A stretch of 64,000 nucleotides of DNA, from NCBI GenBank assembly GCA_037190965.1, contig JBBCKI010000029.1:1-64000 (forward strand). The letters are read 5' to 3'. Source of the DNA: Chthoniobacteraceae bacterium. Its GTDB lineage: Bacteria; Verrucomicrobiota; Verrucomicrobiia; Chthoniobacterales; Chthoniobacteraceae. This document shows, in pieces, positions 20,019 to 30,896 of this stretch. The translations under genes and the position numbers were made by a program. How positions within the stretch are numbered: position 1 is the stretch's first letter; each line of letters opens with the position of its first letter. The notes under the pieces were generated by a model, which searched no databases, had not been told where the DNA came from, and was given only the letters and a program-made list of their open reading frames with translations.

Positions 20019-21203
20019 TTAAACTGCGGGCGCTTCGGGAGCATCGCCCGTTGCCTGATTGATTAAACGCTTTTGACGGGCTTGGGGAGATGCCCATTCT
20101 CCTGCCATCACATCTGCTTCCGTAAACGTCGCCAACAAGATCTGCTTATCTGTCCCCCGATTGAAATCATAGATGATATGGATCGTTCCATCCGGCATTT
20201 GGGTCCCATCCGGATAGGAGACGCCGACCCGTTCATCCATGAGAAGCCCACCTTTCCAAGTCAGCCCATCATCCTCAGAAAGATAAGCGGTGAGATGCGA
20301 CCGGGGAGCTCCATGCTTACTGCCTTCCGGGACAACGCCGTGCCGAACGAGCAATAGATTCCCGGACGCCAAACGACGAATGAAAAAGCGAGAGTTAATG
20401 TGGGGGATATCCGACAGCCTTCCCGGAGCCCAATGATGGCCGTCGTCGGTCGAGATGTTCTCCCAGATGCCGTCTTTGGTGCGTGAAAGCATCCACCAAC
20501 TGTCGTCCCGTCGTTGCACAAGCATGTGCTCGTCGAAAAGGCGATTCTTCAGATCGTCGGCCTTGCCCACGGGTTGGAAGGTGGTTCCTTGATCGCGAGA
20601 GATCACATCCCACGCCCCGGTTCGTTCACTCAGATTGAAATAAACGGGCGGCTGGTGCGGTTTCCCTTCGGGCCAGAGCGGATTCCCGGCGGGCCAGATG
20701 GATATTGGCAAATGCCAGTCCCCGTTTGCTGCGACAGTGGGCTTATTCATCATAATGCCATCTTCCAGGCGTCGCGGTTCCGACCAAGCCGGACATAACG
20801 CGTCAGCATCCTCCGTCACCATCGCCCAGACGCCAAAGCGGCCATCCCTGAGGTCCAGCGATTGAGACCAAAAAAGCCAGAGTCGGTTCTGTGGATCAAG
20901 CCAGAGACAGGGATCGAAGGCTCGAACCCGGGGATCAACCGGGTCCACGACAAACATTGGCTTGTTCCAGTTGGCTCCTCCATCTTCACTCGTCGCCAAC
21001 ATCAGATAATTCTCAGGCCCTTCCCCGATTCCTCCTCCATACCAGGCAGCCCACAAGCGGCCTTTTGGGGTCCGTTCGATGCCTGGAATACCTTGAAACT
21101 GCCGGATTTCGTCTGCGAATTCCGCTCCAGGATTCCTGATGATTCGAGGCGCTTGGCAAGCAACATCGGTGAAGGTATTCGGCATCTCTGAGGAAGTTTT
21201 CAT
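20019..21203 (-). CDS. Sialidase-family (BNR/Asp-box beta-propeller) glycoside hydrolase
   Basis: FQGIPGIE, Asp-boxes SEDGGANW, SRDQGTTF, STDDGHHW, SEDDGLTW, and VSYPD. Start uncertain. Confidence 0.88.
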   Translation of the reverse strand: MKTSSEMPNTFTDVACQAPRIIRNPGAEFADEIRQFQGIPGIERTPKGRLWAAWYGGGIGEGPENYLMLATSEDGGANWNKPMFVVDPVDPRVRAFDPCLWLDPQNRLWLFWSQSLDLRDGRFGVWAMVTEDADALCPAWSEPRRLEDGIMMNKPTVAANGDWHLPISIWPAGNPLWPEGKPHQPPVYFNLSERTGAWDVISRDQGTTFQPVGKADDLKNRLFDEHMLVQRRDDSWWMLSRTKDGIWENISTDDGHHWAPGRLSDIPHINSRFFIRRLASGNLLLVRHGVVPEGSKHGAPRSHLTAYLSEDDGLTWKGGLLMDERVGVSYPDGTQMPDGTIHIIYDFNRGTDKQILLATFTEADVMAGEWASPQARQKRLINQATGDAPEAPAV

Positions 21204-21264
21204 AAGCTTTGCAGGATGAGTGAAAACGTTAGGCGCGCCTCCCTTTGGTTCAATGAGTTTTATG

Positions 21265-21278
21265 TTCATCACGATGAA
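21265..21278. promoter_or_regulatory. Candidate LacI-family operator
   Basis: Perfect palindrome TTCATC-AC-GATGAA between the divergent sialidase and LacI genes. Confidence 0.5.
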
Positions 21279-21308
21279 TTTTTCGCTACAATCCCCTGAT
21301 CCCCATTC

Positions 21309-22313
21309 ATGAATCAACGCGAACTTGGCCATCATCTCGGATTAAGTCAAAGCACCGTCTCTTTGGCTCTACGCGGAAGCCCCCGGATCGCTGAGGCGAC
21401 AAGGAGACAGATCCAAACCGCCGCCGCCGAACTGGGCTATCACCCCAACCCGATGGTAATATCGCTCATGGAGCACATCCGAAGTGCGCGCCCGGTGAAG
21501 GATGCCGGTTGCATCGCTATTCTTGTCGATTTTCCTAACCAGGAACAATGGTTCGCATTTCATCCGGCCTATCGTGAGCAGTATGATGCGATTTACGATC
21601 GCGCCGAGCAGCGCGGCTATCGCACAGAATGCTTCTTTCTGCAGGCACCGGGCATGAACCCCGCCGCCATCGATCGCATTCTTGCGGCACGTGGAATCGT
21701 CGGGATCATTCTGGCCGGGCCCCGAACAAGCTGTGTTAACCTGAAGATGCAGTGGGGACGTTATGCGTGGATCAAATCAGGCTTCACCTGGCATGAAACG
21801 AGAATGGATTGCGTCAGCGCGAATAATCGGCAGCATGTCGAACTAGCCTTCCGGGAACTGGATCAGTTAAAGTACGCACGGATCGGATTTTGCATTACCC
21901 AGCGAATGATCCGGCGCGTGGATTCCCATTGGGTCGCCGGTTACCTGATGGCTCAGCGTTTGCTCACGCCCAAACGACGCATCCCCATGTTTGTTACCGA
22001 CCCTAATGCGGCTGGCCAAGCGCGGTTTCGCGCCTGGCTAAATCGATGGAAACCGGACGTCGTTATCGGAGGGAGAACGGAGCAGGGATGGATTGAAAGG
22101 AGCCGGGGATTGCGTCCGAGTTATTGCCTGCGATGGCATTACGAAGATTGCACGGTACCTTCGATTGAAGAGAACAATCTCATTATCGGCAGGACGCTCT
22201 GCGACCTGTTGATTGAAAAGATGATTCGCAACGAGCGTGGGCTTCCTGAACATCCGCGACTCACGTTGATCGAGGGCACTTGGTGCAACCCGTGCCAAGG
22301 AATCACTGTTTAA
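21309..22313 (+). CDS. LacI family transcriptional regulator (PVC-expanded type)
   Basis: QRELGHHLGLSQSTVSLALRGSPRI, LGYHPNP, C-terminal RNERGLP...LIEGTW. Confidence 0.92.
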   Translation: MNQRELGHHLGLSQSTVSLALRGSPRIAEATRRQIQTAAAELGYHPNPMVISLMEHIRSARPVKDAGCIAILVDFPNQEQWFAFHPAYREQYDAIYDRAEQRGYRTECFFLQAPGMNPAAIDRILAARGIVGIILAGPRTSCVNLKMQWGRYAWIKSGFTWHETRMDCVSANNRQHVELAFRELDQLKYARIGFCITQRMIRRVDSHWVAGYLMAQRLLTPKRRIPMFVTDPNAAGQARFRAWLNRWKPDVVIGGRTEQGWIERSRGLRPSYCLRWHYEDCTVPSIEENNLIIGRTLCDLLIEKMIRNERGLPEHPRLTLIEGTWCNPCQGITV

Positions 22314-22398
22314 CTGGAACATGACGAAAGCGCGGGCAGTTTGGAAAGGCGTCGTGATGACCAGCTTCTTTTTGTTTGATGCTTGACGAATGGATGGC

Positions 22399-23640
22399 CT
22401 ATCGGGAAACGGGGCAAATCGTCCCGTGCGACTCGTGCCGCGAATCCACCAGCCAGGCTTTCTCTGTAAACTGGCTGTTGAAGAGGGATTGCAGCGCCTT
22501 AAAAGCTTGCTGCCCAATCTCCTCGAAATCGAGCTTCATAATGTCAACATTGCCTCCTTTGGTCGATAGGAGGGGGGTGCTGGAGCACATTATGACAGAG
22601 AGATCCTCCGGAATGCCAATCCCCCCCGCCTGAAACGTTGCCTCCAGCGCCTCAAGCAGATTTACGGAGGTGCTTAACAGCGCAGTGACGCGCCGGGGAG
22701 TCTTCTTGTTAAAAATCTTAAGGGCGCGGGTTGATACCTTTCCAATCGTCAACGGAATGCTCAGAGGCGCAACGGTCACCCTCTCCTCAGGGTGGGCCGC
22801 GTTAAACTCTCGCGCGGCTAGCCGGCAACCGAGGAAGCGGTCCCGGTAGTAATTCGGGGCTTCCAAGTCCGGGGGGAGAACCGTCGCGAGCCGGCGATGA
22901 CCCGCCGCGATAAACGCCTGCGCCGCCTTGTAGCCAAGGCCAACATTATTGAAGTTGACCGAAACCATCTTCAAATGTTCGCAATCGTCGAAGACCGCCA
23001 CCACCGGGATTCCGGCTTTCAATAGCGGCTCCGCAATCGGAGCGACAGACGCGGCCAGCAAACGACGGAGGATAATCACCCCCTGCATCCGCGCGGCAAT
23101 GAGATCGCGCACAATCTGCTCGCCCGTTGTCGCCTCGCCGTTATCCAGGTAAAAATCCACGGCCACCCCCGCTTCATTGGCCTCACTGAAGATCGATTGA
23201 GAGGGAATCCGGATCGGGATCGATCTCGCCATCTCTGGGGACTTTGCAGAATGACGCTTCGATAACGGGCCGGTTGTGAGCCGATCGCCAATCGAAACCA
23301 CCGCGATCCGTTGAAGCGTCGTCTCTTGCCGCCGCAGGTTGCGCGCCCTGTCATCCCAGGTCGGCTGCCCCGGCAGGGGAGAGAGCTGGGTTTGGTTCAG
23401 CCGCAACAGGGCGCGCTGCAAAAAGTCGGGCCGGAAGTGATGCCCGCTCCGGGCGTTCGCTGAAAGAATGTCCCACCCGGTTAGAATCCGCAGGCTCTGC
23501 GTGGCTGTCGGGCTGGAGACCTTCCATTGCCGCATAATCTCCCGCCGCGAAAGGAACGAAGTTCTTTCGGAATAATGGCCGCTCGCAATCTCGGAGAGAA
23601 GGGCCACGGCAAGGCGCTCGGGGAGGGACGGCTTTTTCAT
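22399..23640 (-). CDS. GntR-type wHTH + LacI-type sugar-binding domain regulator (AraR-like architecture)
   Basis: SFLSRREIMRQWKVSSPTATQSL...G....RSG, VNFNNVGLGYKAA...GHRR, IPEDLSVI. Confidence 0.8.
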   Translation of the reverse strand: MKKPSLPERLAVALLSEIASGHYSERTSFLSRREIMRQWKVSSPTATQSLRILTGWDILSANARSGHHFRPDFLQRALLRLNQTQLSPLPGQPTWDDRARNLRRQETTLQRIAVVSIGDRLTTGPLSKRHSAKSPEMARSIPIRIPSQSIFSEANEAGVAVDFYLDNGEATTGEQIVRDLIAARMQGVIILRRLLAASVAPIAEPLLKAGIPVVAVFDDCEHLKMVSVNFNNVGLGYKAAQAFIAAGHRRLATVLPPDLEAPNYYRDRFLGCRLAAREFNAAHPEERVTVAPLSIPLTIGKVSTRALKIFNKKTPRRVTALLSTSVNLLEALEATFQAGGIGIPEDLSVIMCSSTPLLSTKGGNVDIMKLDFEEIGQQAFKALQSLFNSQFTEKAWLVDSRHESHGTICPVSR

Positions 23641-23750
23641 GATTCGGTCCGGGGGCAGTAAACTTCAAGAGGTGCGGAACGTCAACCGGCCGCACTCTCG
23701 CCACCCGCTGTTCGCTCCCTCGTCACAGAGGGAAGGTTCAGAGCCCCTCA

Positions 23751-23767
23751 AAAACCGGTCCAGTTTT
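23751..23767. promoter_or_regulatory. Candidate operator (AAAACYGG-W-CCRGTTTT), copy 1
   Basis: AAAACCGGTCCAGTTTT near-palindrome in the divergent promoter region. Same core at 33518. Confidence 0.55.
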
Positions 23768-23896
23768 GTGCCCTTGAGGTCGTCTGGTACCTTGCGGGGC
23801 CGTCTTTGTGGGGCTAGAAGTCAGTCATCAAGCGATCATTCTTATCACTAGTCATCTTTCGATGAGAATGAGTGTTTCGTCCCTTCCTTTGATCCC

Positions 23897-24694
23897 ATGA
23901 AGTTCCCGAAGATCCAGCTCCCCGCCGCTCGTCAACTGACGAGATTCTCACCGTTGGTCATTCTCGTGGCCCTTTCCGTAAGCTTTCCGGCGTCGATCAA
24001 GGCCGAGTTTGCCGAGGAATTCCAAAACTTCCGCAGCGGCCAGTCGCTATACACCAAAGAGAGCGAGTGGAGGAAATACGCCGGAGAAGGTCATATCCAA
24101 CCAAAGGGAAACACCGCCATTGTTCGGTCGGATAATGGGCGACGTCATCTAGCGATGGTCTCTCATGGGCACGAGACGGCGAACGCACGGGCTTTCAAAA
24201 ATGTAACGCTCCCAGTGTCCGGTGCCCAGAACAACAAGATTTCGGGAGAGATCCGATTTACCTCGCCCGACGTGCCGATGGAGAGACCCACAGGAGTTCT
24301 TATTAATTTAAATGCCAACCGCGATGGGAAGTATGATACCGCGGGAGCGCTCACCATGGGGATCTTTGTCGAAGGGGGGGAGCCCGTCTTTTTCTTTTCC
24401 TTTGGCTCCAAAACACAAGGCAAGATCACTTCCCGGCCGGACCAATTGAAAGTCAATCCGGAGGCCTGGTATCGATTTCACGTCGAGCTTGACCCAGGCA
24501 AGGGGAGAGCGGAATTCGCGGTGTACGAACTCGCTGAAGGCGGCGACGCGAAAGTCTGGTCGGGCAGTAACGAAGGTCTCTCCTCCTACACTCCGCAGGA
24601 ATTCTACCAGGTGAACCTCATCGTGACCCGCCCAGGGAAGCAGGAATACCAAAGGCGCGGCGCTGACTTCGCCAACATCCGGATCACCCAGTGA
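23897..24694 (+). CDS. Secreted hypothetical protein, probable ConA/lectin-like beta-sandwich
   Basis: Signal peptide (..SIKA), F.EEF start, WYRFHVELD, terminal FANIRI. Fold is inferred. Confidence 0.7.
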   Translation: MKFPKIQLPAARQLTRFSPLVILVALSVSFPASIKAEFAEEFQNFRSGQSLYTKESEWRKYAGEGHIQPKGNTAIVRSDNGRRHLAMVSHGHETANARAFKNVTLPVSGAQNNKISGEIRFTSPDVPMERPTGVLINLNANRDGKYDTAGALTMGIFVEGGEPVFFFSFGSKTQGKITSRPDQLKVNPEAWYRFHVELDPGKGRAEFAVYELAEGGDAKVWSGSNEGLSSYTPQEFYQVNLIVTRPGKQEYQRRGADFANIRITQ

Positions 24695-24759
24695 TCCATC
24701 CTGAGAGCCGGCTTTGGCCATCATCTCAAAAGAATAACCCCCTAAGTAAAAGAACAACC

Positions 24760-26505
24760 ATGATGACAAAAAACAACCGTCGCCGTACTCATGTGATCCG
24801 CACTTCGCGGGCGCATTGGGTCCTCTCAGCCTATGTAAGCCTTGCAGTGCTTGGCGGGAGTCTTCATGCCGCAAACGTTCCTACGACGTGGAACGTCGCC
24901 AATGGAGATTGGCTTGATGCCGGGAACTGGACGGCAGGCGCGCCGGCGGATCTCTCCCCGGCAGACGTTAGTCAGGCGCTTTTCAACGTGACCGGCAGCA
25001 GCCCGGCGACCTCCAACGTCACAGTCAATGGTGCTGCCGAGTTTGATTACATGGGCGTTGGTTTAGGGAAGACGGTTAACCTCTCATTGGCCGACGGCGC
25101 ATCGCTAACCGGAGAAACGGTCATCGTCGGACGCTTCGTCGCCGGGGATGTAACGCCTTCCCACTTGAATGTCTCGGGGCCGGCTACCGGCCATGCCAGC
25201 ATTTCCTGGTCAAGCGGGTTCCAGATCGGTGGCGTTGCAACGGGCTTGGGGGATACCGCGACATTCTCCGGCCCCAACCTGAGCATCACCGATACCGCGG
25301 CGAATCTCACGGTCGGACGGCAGGGGAACGGGCACACATTGACCCTGAGCGACGGTGTCAAATACAGCGGCAAATCGATGATTGTCAGCGCCACAGTCAA
25401 TGTGACCTCCGGGGTCGGGAATAATCACAAGCTGATTGTAACCGGGGCGGGCACCGAGGTGTCATTGGGAGGGCTCACGGGCTCCACGTCGACTTTGGGC
25501 TTGGTGGTCGGTTCGCGTCCTTTGACGGGGTCCAGTTCCAGCAACGTGCAAAGCGGCAATACCGTGGAGATCTCCAATGGTGCCAAGGTGACGGTGAATG
25601 GGAACAACCCCGATGCCACTATCACCAACCTCGTGGGAGCGAACACCTATCGCGTGAATAACTCGATCCAGGTGACCGGGACGAATTCTGTTCTGGATAT
25701 CAAGGGAACGATTTCAACCACCATCGGCCACACGACCGACACATCCTATAATAACCGCCTCGTCGTTAACAGCGGCGGCACGGTGCGTTCAGAGGGGGTC
25801 ATCATCATCAATAACGGGACCTCCATTGCCGCTAACCGCCGCAATATTCTCGACGTTGGAAACCTCGGCACGTTGCTGACCAGCAACGCCATCAATAACA
25901 ACGGAGGGTTGGTCCGCCTGGCCGAGGGCGGCGTCCTTGCAGGGCAGAACTCCTTGGGGGATGCAGTAGCCGTTGCTCTTAACATCAATGGCACTGGCCG
26001 CTTCGAAGCCGCGGGCAGCGGCCTCGGCAGCACCGTTGCCGTCAATGTGGGCAATAGCACCAGCCAGGCAGTGTTGGCGGTGGGCCTGACGGGACGTACC
26101 TCCGCGGCGACCTTGACGGTGGATTCCGCTGTCTCGATGAACAGCAATAGCTTGCTGGAAGTTTCGATCTTCGGTTCCAACTCCATTGACTCCATTGTTC
26201 TCGGGGAGAACAGCAGCTTCACGATCGGCGAGAACGTGGCACTTACCATTGGGCTGCGGGGCCACACCTTGCAAGCGGGCGATTCCTATCAGCTCTTCAC
26301 CGGGGAGTTCGATCACGTCATCGGCAGCTTCACGACCATCAATAGTCCGACACTGACAGGGGATCTTTCGTGGGACTGGTCAGGCTTCAACGCTGACGGA
26401 GGCTGGACGGTCGCGGTCATCCCGGAGCCCTCTTCGATGGTGCTCCTGATCGGCGGCGGCGCGGCGGCCATGGTGCTCCGCCGGATGCGCTCAAAGCGCG
26501 CGTAG
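24760..26505 (+). CDS. PEP-CTERM beta-helix-like surface protein
   Basis: W....GDW....NW N-terminus, Gly/Thr/Asn-rich strands, C-terminal VIPEPSS + TM + RR. Confidence 0.88.
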   Translation: MMTKNNRRRTHVIRTSRAHWVLSAYVSLAVLGGSLHAANVPTTWNVANGDWLDAGNWTAGAPADLSPADVSQALFNVTGSSPATSNVTVNGAAEFDYMGVGLGKTVNLSLADGASLTGETVIVGRFVAGDVTPSHLNVSGPATGHASISWSSGFQIGGVATGLGDTATFSGPNLSITDTAANLTVGRQGNGHTLTLSDGVKYSGKSMIVSATVNVTSGVGNNHKLIVTGAGTEVSLGGLTGSTSTLGLVVGSRPLTGSSSSNVQSGNTVEISNGAKVTVNGNNPDATITNLVGANTYRVNNSIQVTGTNSVLDIKGTISTTIGHTTDTSYNNRLVVNSGGTVRSEGVIIINNGTSIAANRRNILDVGNLGTLLTSNAINNNGGLVRLAEGGVLAGQNSLGDAVAVALNINGTGRFEAAGSGLGSTVAVNVGNSTSQAVLAVGLTGRTSAATLTVDSAVSMNSNSLLEVSIFGSNSIDSIVLGENSSFTIGENVALTIGLRGHTLQAGDSYQLFTGEFDHVIGSFTTINSPTLTGDLSWDWSGFNADGGWTVAVIPEPSSMVLLIGGGAAAMVLRRMRSKRA

Positions 26506-26523
26506 TTTAACTCCCTTGCTTCC

Positions 26524-29500
26524 ATGTTATCCCGAATTCATCGTAGCGTTGCCATTGTACTGGCTGCAGGAATGGCGATTGCTCTGCACGCCTCGGAACC
26601 TGACGCGACTCCTCAAAACGAATATCCGGTAAAGCCGTTACGCGGCCTCGTCTATACGGCGCGGGATATCGAGGAAGTGCGCAAACAGGTAAGGGAGCAT
26701 GGAGCCAACGGAGAGCTCGTGACCGAGATCCTCAACGAGGCCAGGCGGTGGACGGAGCGCTCGGATGCGGAGGTATCAGCCTTGATTCCTCCTGCCGGCT
26801 CCGTCTTCGCCTACGGCACGGCCGGGGACCCGAAGACCGATCAAGCCTGGCCACGTTTCGGTCGCGACGGAGCGATGTGCCAATGGGATCGCCCGGGGAC
26901 CGTGCGTTCTCCGCATACGGGGGATATCTATGGCGCCGCAAACCCGGGAGAACCCTACTACGACCCGGGCACCGGATGGAAACGGGAGTCGGACGGGCAG
27001 GTATTCTACTTCAAGGGCATCTGGAATGCCTGGGTTGTCGATCAACTGCACAACGCCGTCGATAATCTGGCGATCGCCTATATGCTGACGGGGGAACCCG
27101 CACAGGCCCGAAGGGCGTTGGTGATTCTTGATCGTCTGGCCACCTTGCGGGTTCAACTACCCATGACAGGCAATAGTGTCGCGGATTGGCCTCACACGGC
27201 AACGCGTGCGGAGGCGAAGGGGTTCTTCCACTATATGGGGAACATCGCCAATCAGCGCGCCATCAATACCGCCTTCGCCTTCGACCTGCTGGCCAACGCC
27301 CCCTACGGATCCGAGCCTTCCGCAGAAGAGCCCTCGTTGACGGTTCGTGACAATATCGCGAAGAACTATTTCGAGATCTACGAACGTCGCTATTTCGACG
27401 TCCTTCGTTCGCTCACAAACCACGGCATCGTCCTCATGGCCAACCTCATCACGCAGGGGGTGCTTTTCGGGGACGCCGAAAAGCTACGCGAAGGGCTGGC
27501 CGGGATGCAGGGATTCTTTGATAACACCATTAACCGTGACGGAGACTATATGGAGGTCTCCGGAAGCTACGGGCGGCTCGGACGGGACTATGGCAGCCGC
27601 CTGCTCATGCCGCTTAGCAACTATATGCCCGAAAATTATCCGGACGCCGTCGCCATGCCCAAAGTGGCGGATTTCACCGGCGGGTTGAAGCCAAATGATG
27701 ATCCCCGCTGGTTCAACACGGCCGTCCGGACACTCTACCGGCTTCCTCTGGTGGGACGTTACCCGCAATACGGAGACATGGGGGCCGATCGCAACATTCT
27801 GGTCGATACCGATGGCGAGTGGTTAGCCAAACACCGGGCGCTTTTCCTGCGGATTCTTTATCACAATACCTCGCGGGAGGACTGGAAGCGCGAAATTGAA
27901 GCCCTTTATCCACGGGCTGCCGCCCAGAAGAAGGCAGCCACTACGTTGGAAGATCTTTTGCTCTACGGTCCTGCGCTCTGGATCGAACCGAAAGGTGGCG
28001 AAGGAACGTTGGCCGGTGTGGAAGAAAAGAGCGACCTGATGGCGGGTAAGGCGATCGCCATTCTGCGGGGAGGCAAAGGCGCTTCGGCCCGGGCTTTGTT
28101 TTTGCGAGGCGGCATCAATTCCTGGCACGGCCACGACGACCAGATGACACTGGTTCCCTACGGCCATGGGATGTCGCTTTTTGGTGAGTATGGCTATCGC
28201 TGGGCTGGCACGCCCGATAACCTCGGGTGGGGAACTCGTTCCATCGGCCATAACGCCCTGGTGGTCGACGAAGATCTCCCCGCGCCTTATCTTTACAAAG
28301 GGTTCTCAAAATCGATCTCAGCGCCCGCCGCAAGCGTCACGGCCTTTCTCCCGGATGCTCCCGCGCAGTTGGTCGAAATGCGAAATCCCAAGCTTTGGAA
28401 GCGCGCCAAGTTGCAGGACTACCGGCGCGCCGCGTGGCTGGTCGATATCGATGCGGATCGTTACTACTTCGTCGATATTTTCCATGTAGTTGGAGGGAAT
28501 ACCCATGACTATGCATGGACTGCGCCATACATCGCGCCGGGAATCAAAGAGTCCTTTCAGATTGAAGGCGTTAAGCCCACTGCACGCGAGGGGGTATGGA
28601 CGCTCGCTTCGGTGGGCGGGAAGTACCGGGGCGAGCCCTGGAATCAACGCGGCCAGAGCTGGGGCGAGCGCCTCAATGGCGAGAATGGGATGGTCGCCGC
28701 TTTGCCGGGTGGAGAGCGCCTGCCCACTTCCAAATGGAATCCCGAGCCCGGAAACGGCTACGGAATGATCTGGAATGTCGCGCTTGCCGACACCAAGGAA
28801 GACTGGCGCGCCATCTGGCCGCTCCCGGATCGGAAGCACTCCCTTCGTATGCATTTGGTCAATTTCGAAGGGATGACGGCAATCACCGCCTTAAGCCCAA
28901 CGATGAGCTCCGAGAATCATTTCAACATGATTGTCGCCCGGCGTTCGCGCGAGAAGGAGAGCCAATTGCAGAGCCGGTTTGTCAATGTCGCTGAAGTCGG
29001 ACAGCCGGGCACCTGGCCGTTGGCAAAGGTGGATCGCATTACGCTCCAAGCTTCCGGAGAGGCGAGTGATGCGGTTGGGATTCGCTGCACTCTTTCGGAC
29101 GGCTCCGCCGATTATCTCTTTGCCTCGCGGACTTCACAGAGCCTCGCCGCGTCCGAGGGGCTTGGAATCAATGGCCGCAATGGCTTTGTGCGCCTCAGCA
29201 AAGAAGGTCGTCTTATCGCCGCGGCGATGCAGGAAGGAAGCTCTCTCCAGGCGGCGGGGTTGAAGATCGAAGCCGTGAGTGCCGCTTTTCAGGCTCCGGT
29301 TCTCGCGGTGCAGTCCAGCGGGGATGAATCCCGCCTTGTCATTGGCGGCAGCCTTCCTCCGGGAGATCGGTTGGCAGGAGCGACTGCATGGGTAGACAGC
29401 TCGGTCGGTGGAGTGATGGGGTATCATCACAATGACTATCTTCGCATTGAGCAGGTTGAAGTCCCGACCCCGGAGACCAGCGTCCTCGTATTCCGCAATC

Positions 29501-29928
29501 AATCGTTGGTTGCGGCCACCCTTCAAATTGAAGAGGTCGATCGCGAGAAATCGCAGGCACAGCTATTCTGGAATCACACCTTGGCCGGCAATGCAGGGGC
29601 TCTTTCGTATCAAGGTCGCGCCGTCGTTCCTTCCGGAGATGGGGCGAGCGCAGAAAACCCGCCTGGCCTGTTCATTCGCGAAATCGTCCAACGGACCGTC
29701 TCCTTGAACGATTCAAAAGGGCTCAAGAGCGGACAACGGGTGGACGTTCTCGTGACCAAACCGGGAGACACCTTCACGATGCCAACCACGGTGACTCTCA
29801 TTGCGATGAGCGACAAGCCGAATGCCTGGAAGTTGCGCACCAACGTGCCCGTCCGGATCACTATTCCCACGTCCGCGGGGCCGCGAATCAAGGAGTTCCC
29901 TGCGGGAGAATCGGTGGTCGAACTATGA
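26524..29928 (+). CDS. Heparinase II/III-family polysaccharide lyase-like secreted protein
   Basis: Signal peptide, TNHG, DGDYMEVSGSY, P.YGD, HGHDD, GHNALVVD, YFVDIFHVVGG..HDY. Confidence 0.82.
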   Translation: MLSRIHRSVAIVLAAGMAIALHASEPDATPQNEYPVKPLRGLVYTARDIEEVRKQVREHGANGELVTEILNEARRWTERSDAEVSALIPPAGSVFAYGTAGDPKTDQAWPRFGRDGAMCQWDRPGTVRSPHTGDIYGAANPGEPYYDPGTGWKRESDGQVFYFKGIWNAWVVDQLHNAVDNLAIAYMLTGEPAQARRALVILDRLATLRVQLPMTGNSVADWPHTATRAEAKGFFHYMGNIANQRAINTAFAFDLLANAPYGSEPSAEEPSLTVRDNIAKNYFEIYERRYFDVLRSLTNHGIVLMANLITQGVLFGDAEKLREGLAGMQGFFDNTINRDGDYMEVSGSYGRLGRDYGSRLLMPLSNYMPENYPDAVAMPKVADFTGGLKPNDDPRWFNTAVRTLYRLPLVGRYPQYGDMGADRNILVDTDGEWLAKHRALFLRILYHNTSREDWKREIEALYPRAAAQKKAATTLEDLLLYGPALWIEPKGGEGTLAGVEEKSDLMAGKAIAILRGGKGASARALFLRGGINSWHGHDDQMTLVPYGHGMSLFGEYGYRWAGTPDNLGWGTRSIGHNALVVDEDLPAPYLYKGFSKSISAPAASVTAFLPDAPAQLVEMRNPKLWKRAKLQDYRRAAWLVDIDADRYYFVDIFHVVGGNTHDYAWTAPYIAPGIKESFQIEGVKPTAREGVWTLASVGGKYRGEPWNQRGQSWGERLNGENGMVAALPGGERLPTSKWNPEPGNGYGMIWNVALADTKEDWRAIWPLPDRKHSLRMHLVNFEGMTAITALSPTMSSENHFNMIVARRSREKESQLQSRFVNVAEVGQPGTWPLAKVDRITLQASGEASDAVGIRCTLSDGSADYLFASRTSQSLAASEGLGINGRNGFVRLSKEGRLIAAAMQEGSSLQAAGLKIEAVSAAFQAPVLAVQSSGDESRLVIGGSLPPGDRLAGATAWVDSSVGGVMGYHHNDYLRIEQVEVPTPETSVLVFRNQSLVAATLQIEEVDREKSQAQLFWNHTLAGNAGALSYQGRAVVPSGDGASAENPPGLFIREIVQRTVSLNDSKGLKSGQRVDVLVTKPGDTFTMPTTVTLIAMSDKPNAWKLRTNVPVRITIPTSAGPRIKEFPAGESVVEL

Positions 29929-30884
29929 GTCTTCCTCTCGCGAAGAAGCGTTCGAGCGTCACTGTATCCGCAGTTGGAGGGCCGCCACCGATCTTTCCCG
30001 GTCCGGGCGACCCGGTCTTGCTGGCGGAGAGGATGGTCGCGCATTGGGAACGCGAGATCTCAGCCGTCCTGCCCAATCGTCCGGATCTTATCGTGCTTCC
30101 GGAAATGTGCGATCGTTATGACGAGACGCCACGGGAGCTACTAGAGGAACTGCATCCGGCCATTTATGAAAAGACGAGCCGCGCGCTGGCCAGGCTCGCA
30201 CGCGAACATCGCTGTTACATTGTTCATTCGACAAAGGTTGCCTGTGATGATGGTTGCTGGCGTAACGCGGCAGTTCTGCTCGACCGGACGGGAAAGAGGG
30301 TGGCTAGCTACTATAAAAACTATCTGGTTGTTACCGAGATTGAACGGGGCCTGGTTCCTGGGGCGAAACCATGCGTCGTCGAATGCGACTTCGGACGGGT
30401 TGGATTTGCAATCTGTTTCGACCTGAATTTCGTCGAGTTGCTGGAAAGCTATCGAAAACTTAAACCCGACCTGATCGTCTTTCCCTCGCGCTACCATGGC
30501 GGGATCATGCAGCCCTATTGGGCTTTCGAGGCGCGGGCACATTTTGTCGGGTGCATGGGGAAGGCCGCCAACCCGAGCTCACTTTATTCGCCGGTAGGGC
30601 AATTGCTGGCTTCCAGCACGAATTATTTCAACCATGTTACGGCGCGGGTGAATCTTGACTGCGCGGTGGTCCATCTCGATTTCCATTGGGAAAAGCTCCG
30701 AGCCTTGAAGGAGCATTATGGTCCCGATGTGGTCGTCTCCGACCCTGGTCAGCTGGGGGCGGTGCTTGTCTCCAGCGAAAGCTCCATTGTTTCCGTGAGC
30801 GACATGCTCCGGAAATTCCAGATCGAAACGCTGGATGAGTATCTAGGTCGCTCCCGAGAGCGCAACGAAAGCGCCAGATTTTAA
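29925..30884 (+). CDS. Carbon-nitrogen hydrolase (nitrilase superfamily)
   Basis: Catalytic triad motifs DLIVLPE, YYK, AICFD. Overlaps the lyase stop codon (ATGA). Confidence 0.9.
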   Translation: MSLPLAKKRSSVTVSAVGGPPPIFPGPGDPVLLAERMVAHWEREISAVLPNRPDLIVLPEMCDRYDETPRELLEELHPAIYEKTSRALARLAREHRCYIVHSTKVACDDGCWRNAAVLLDRTGKRVASYYKNYLVVTEIERGLVPGAKPCVVECDFGRVGFAICFDLNFVELLESYRKLKPDLIVFPSRYHGGIMQPYWAFEARAHFVGCMGKAANPSSLYSPVGQLLASSTNYFNHVTARVNLDCAVVHLDFHWEKLRALKEHYGPDVVVSDPGQLGAVLVSSESSIVSVSDMLRKFQIETLDEYLGRSRERNESARF

Positions 30885-30896
30885 AATAATCCGTCT

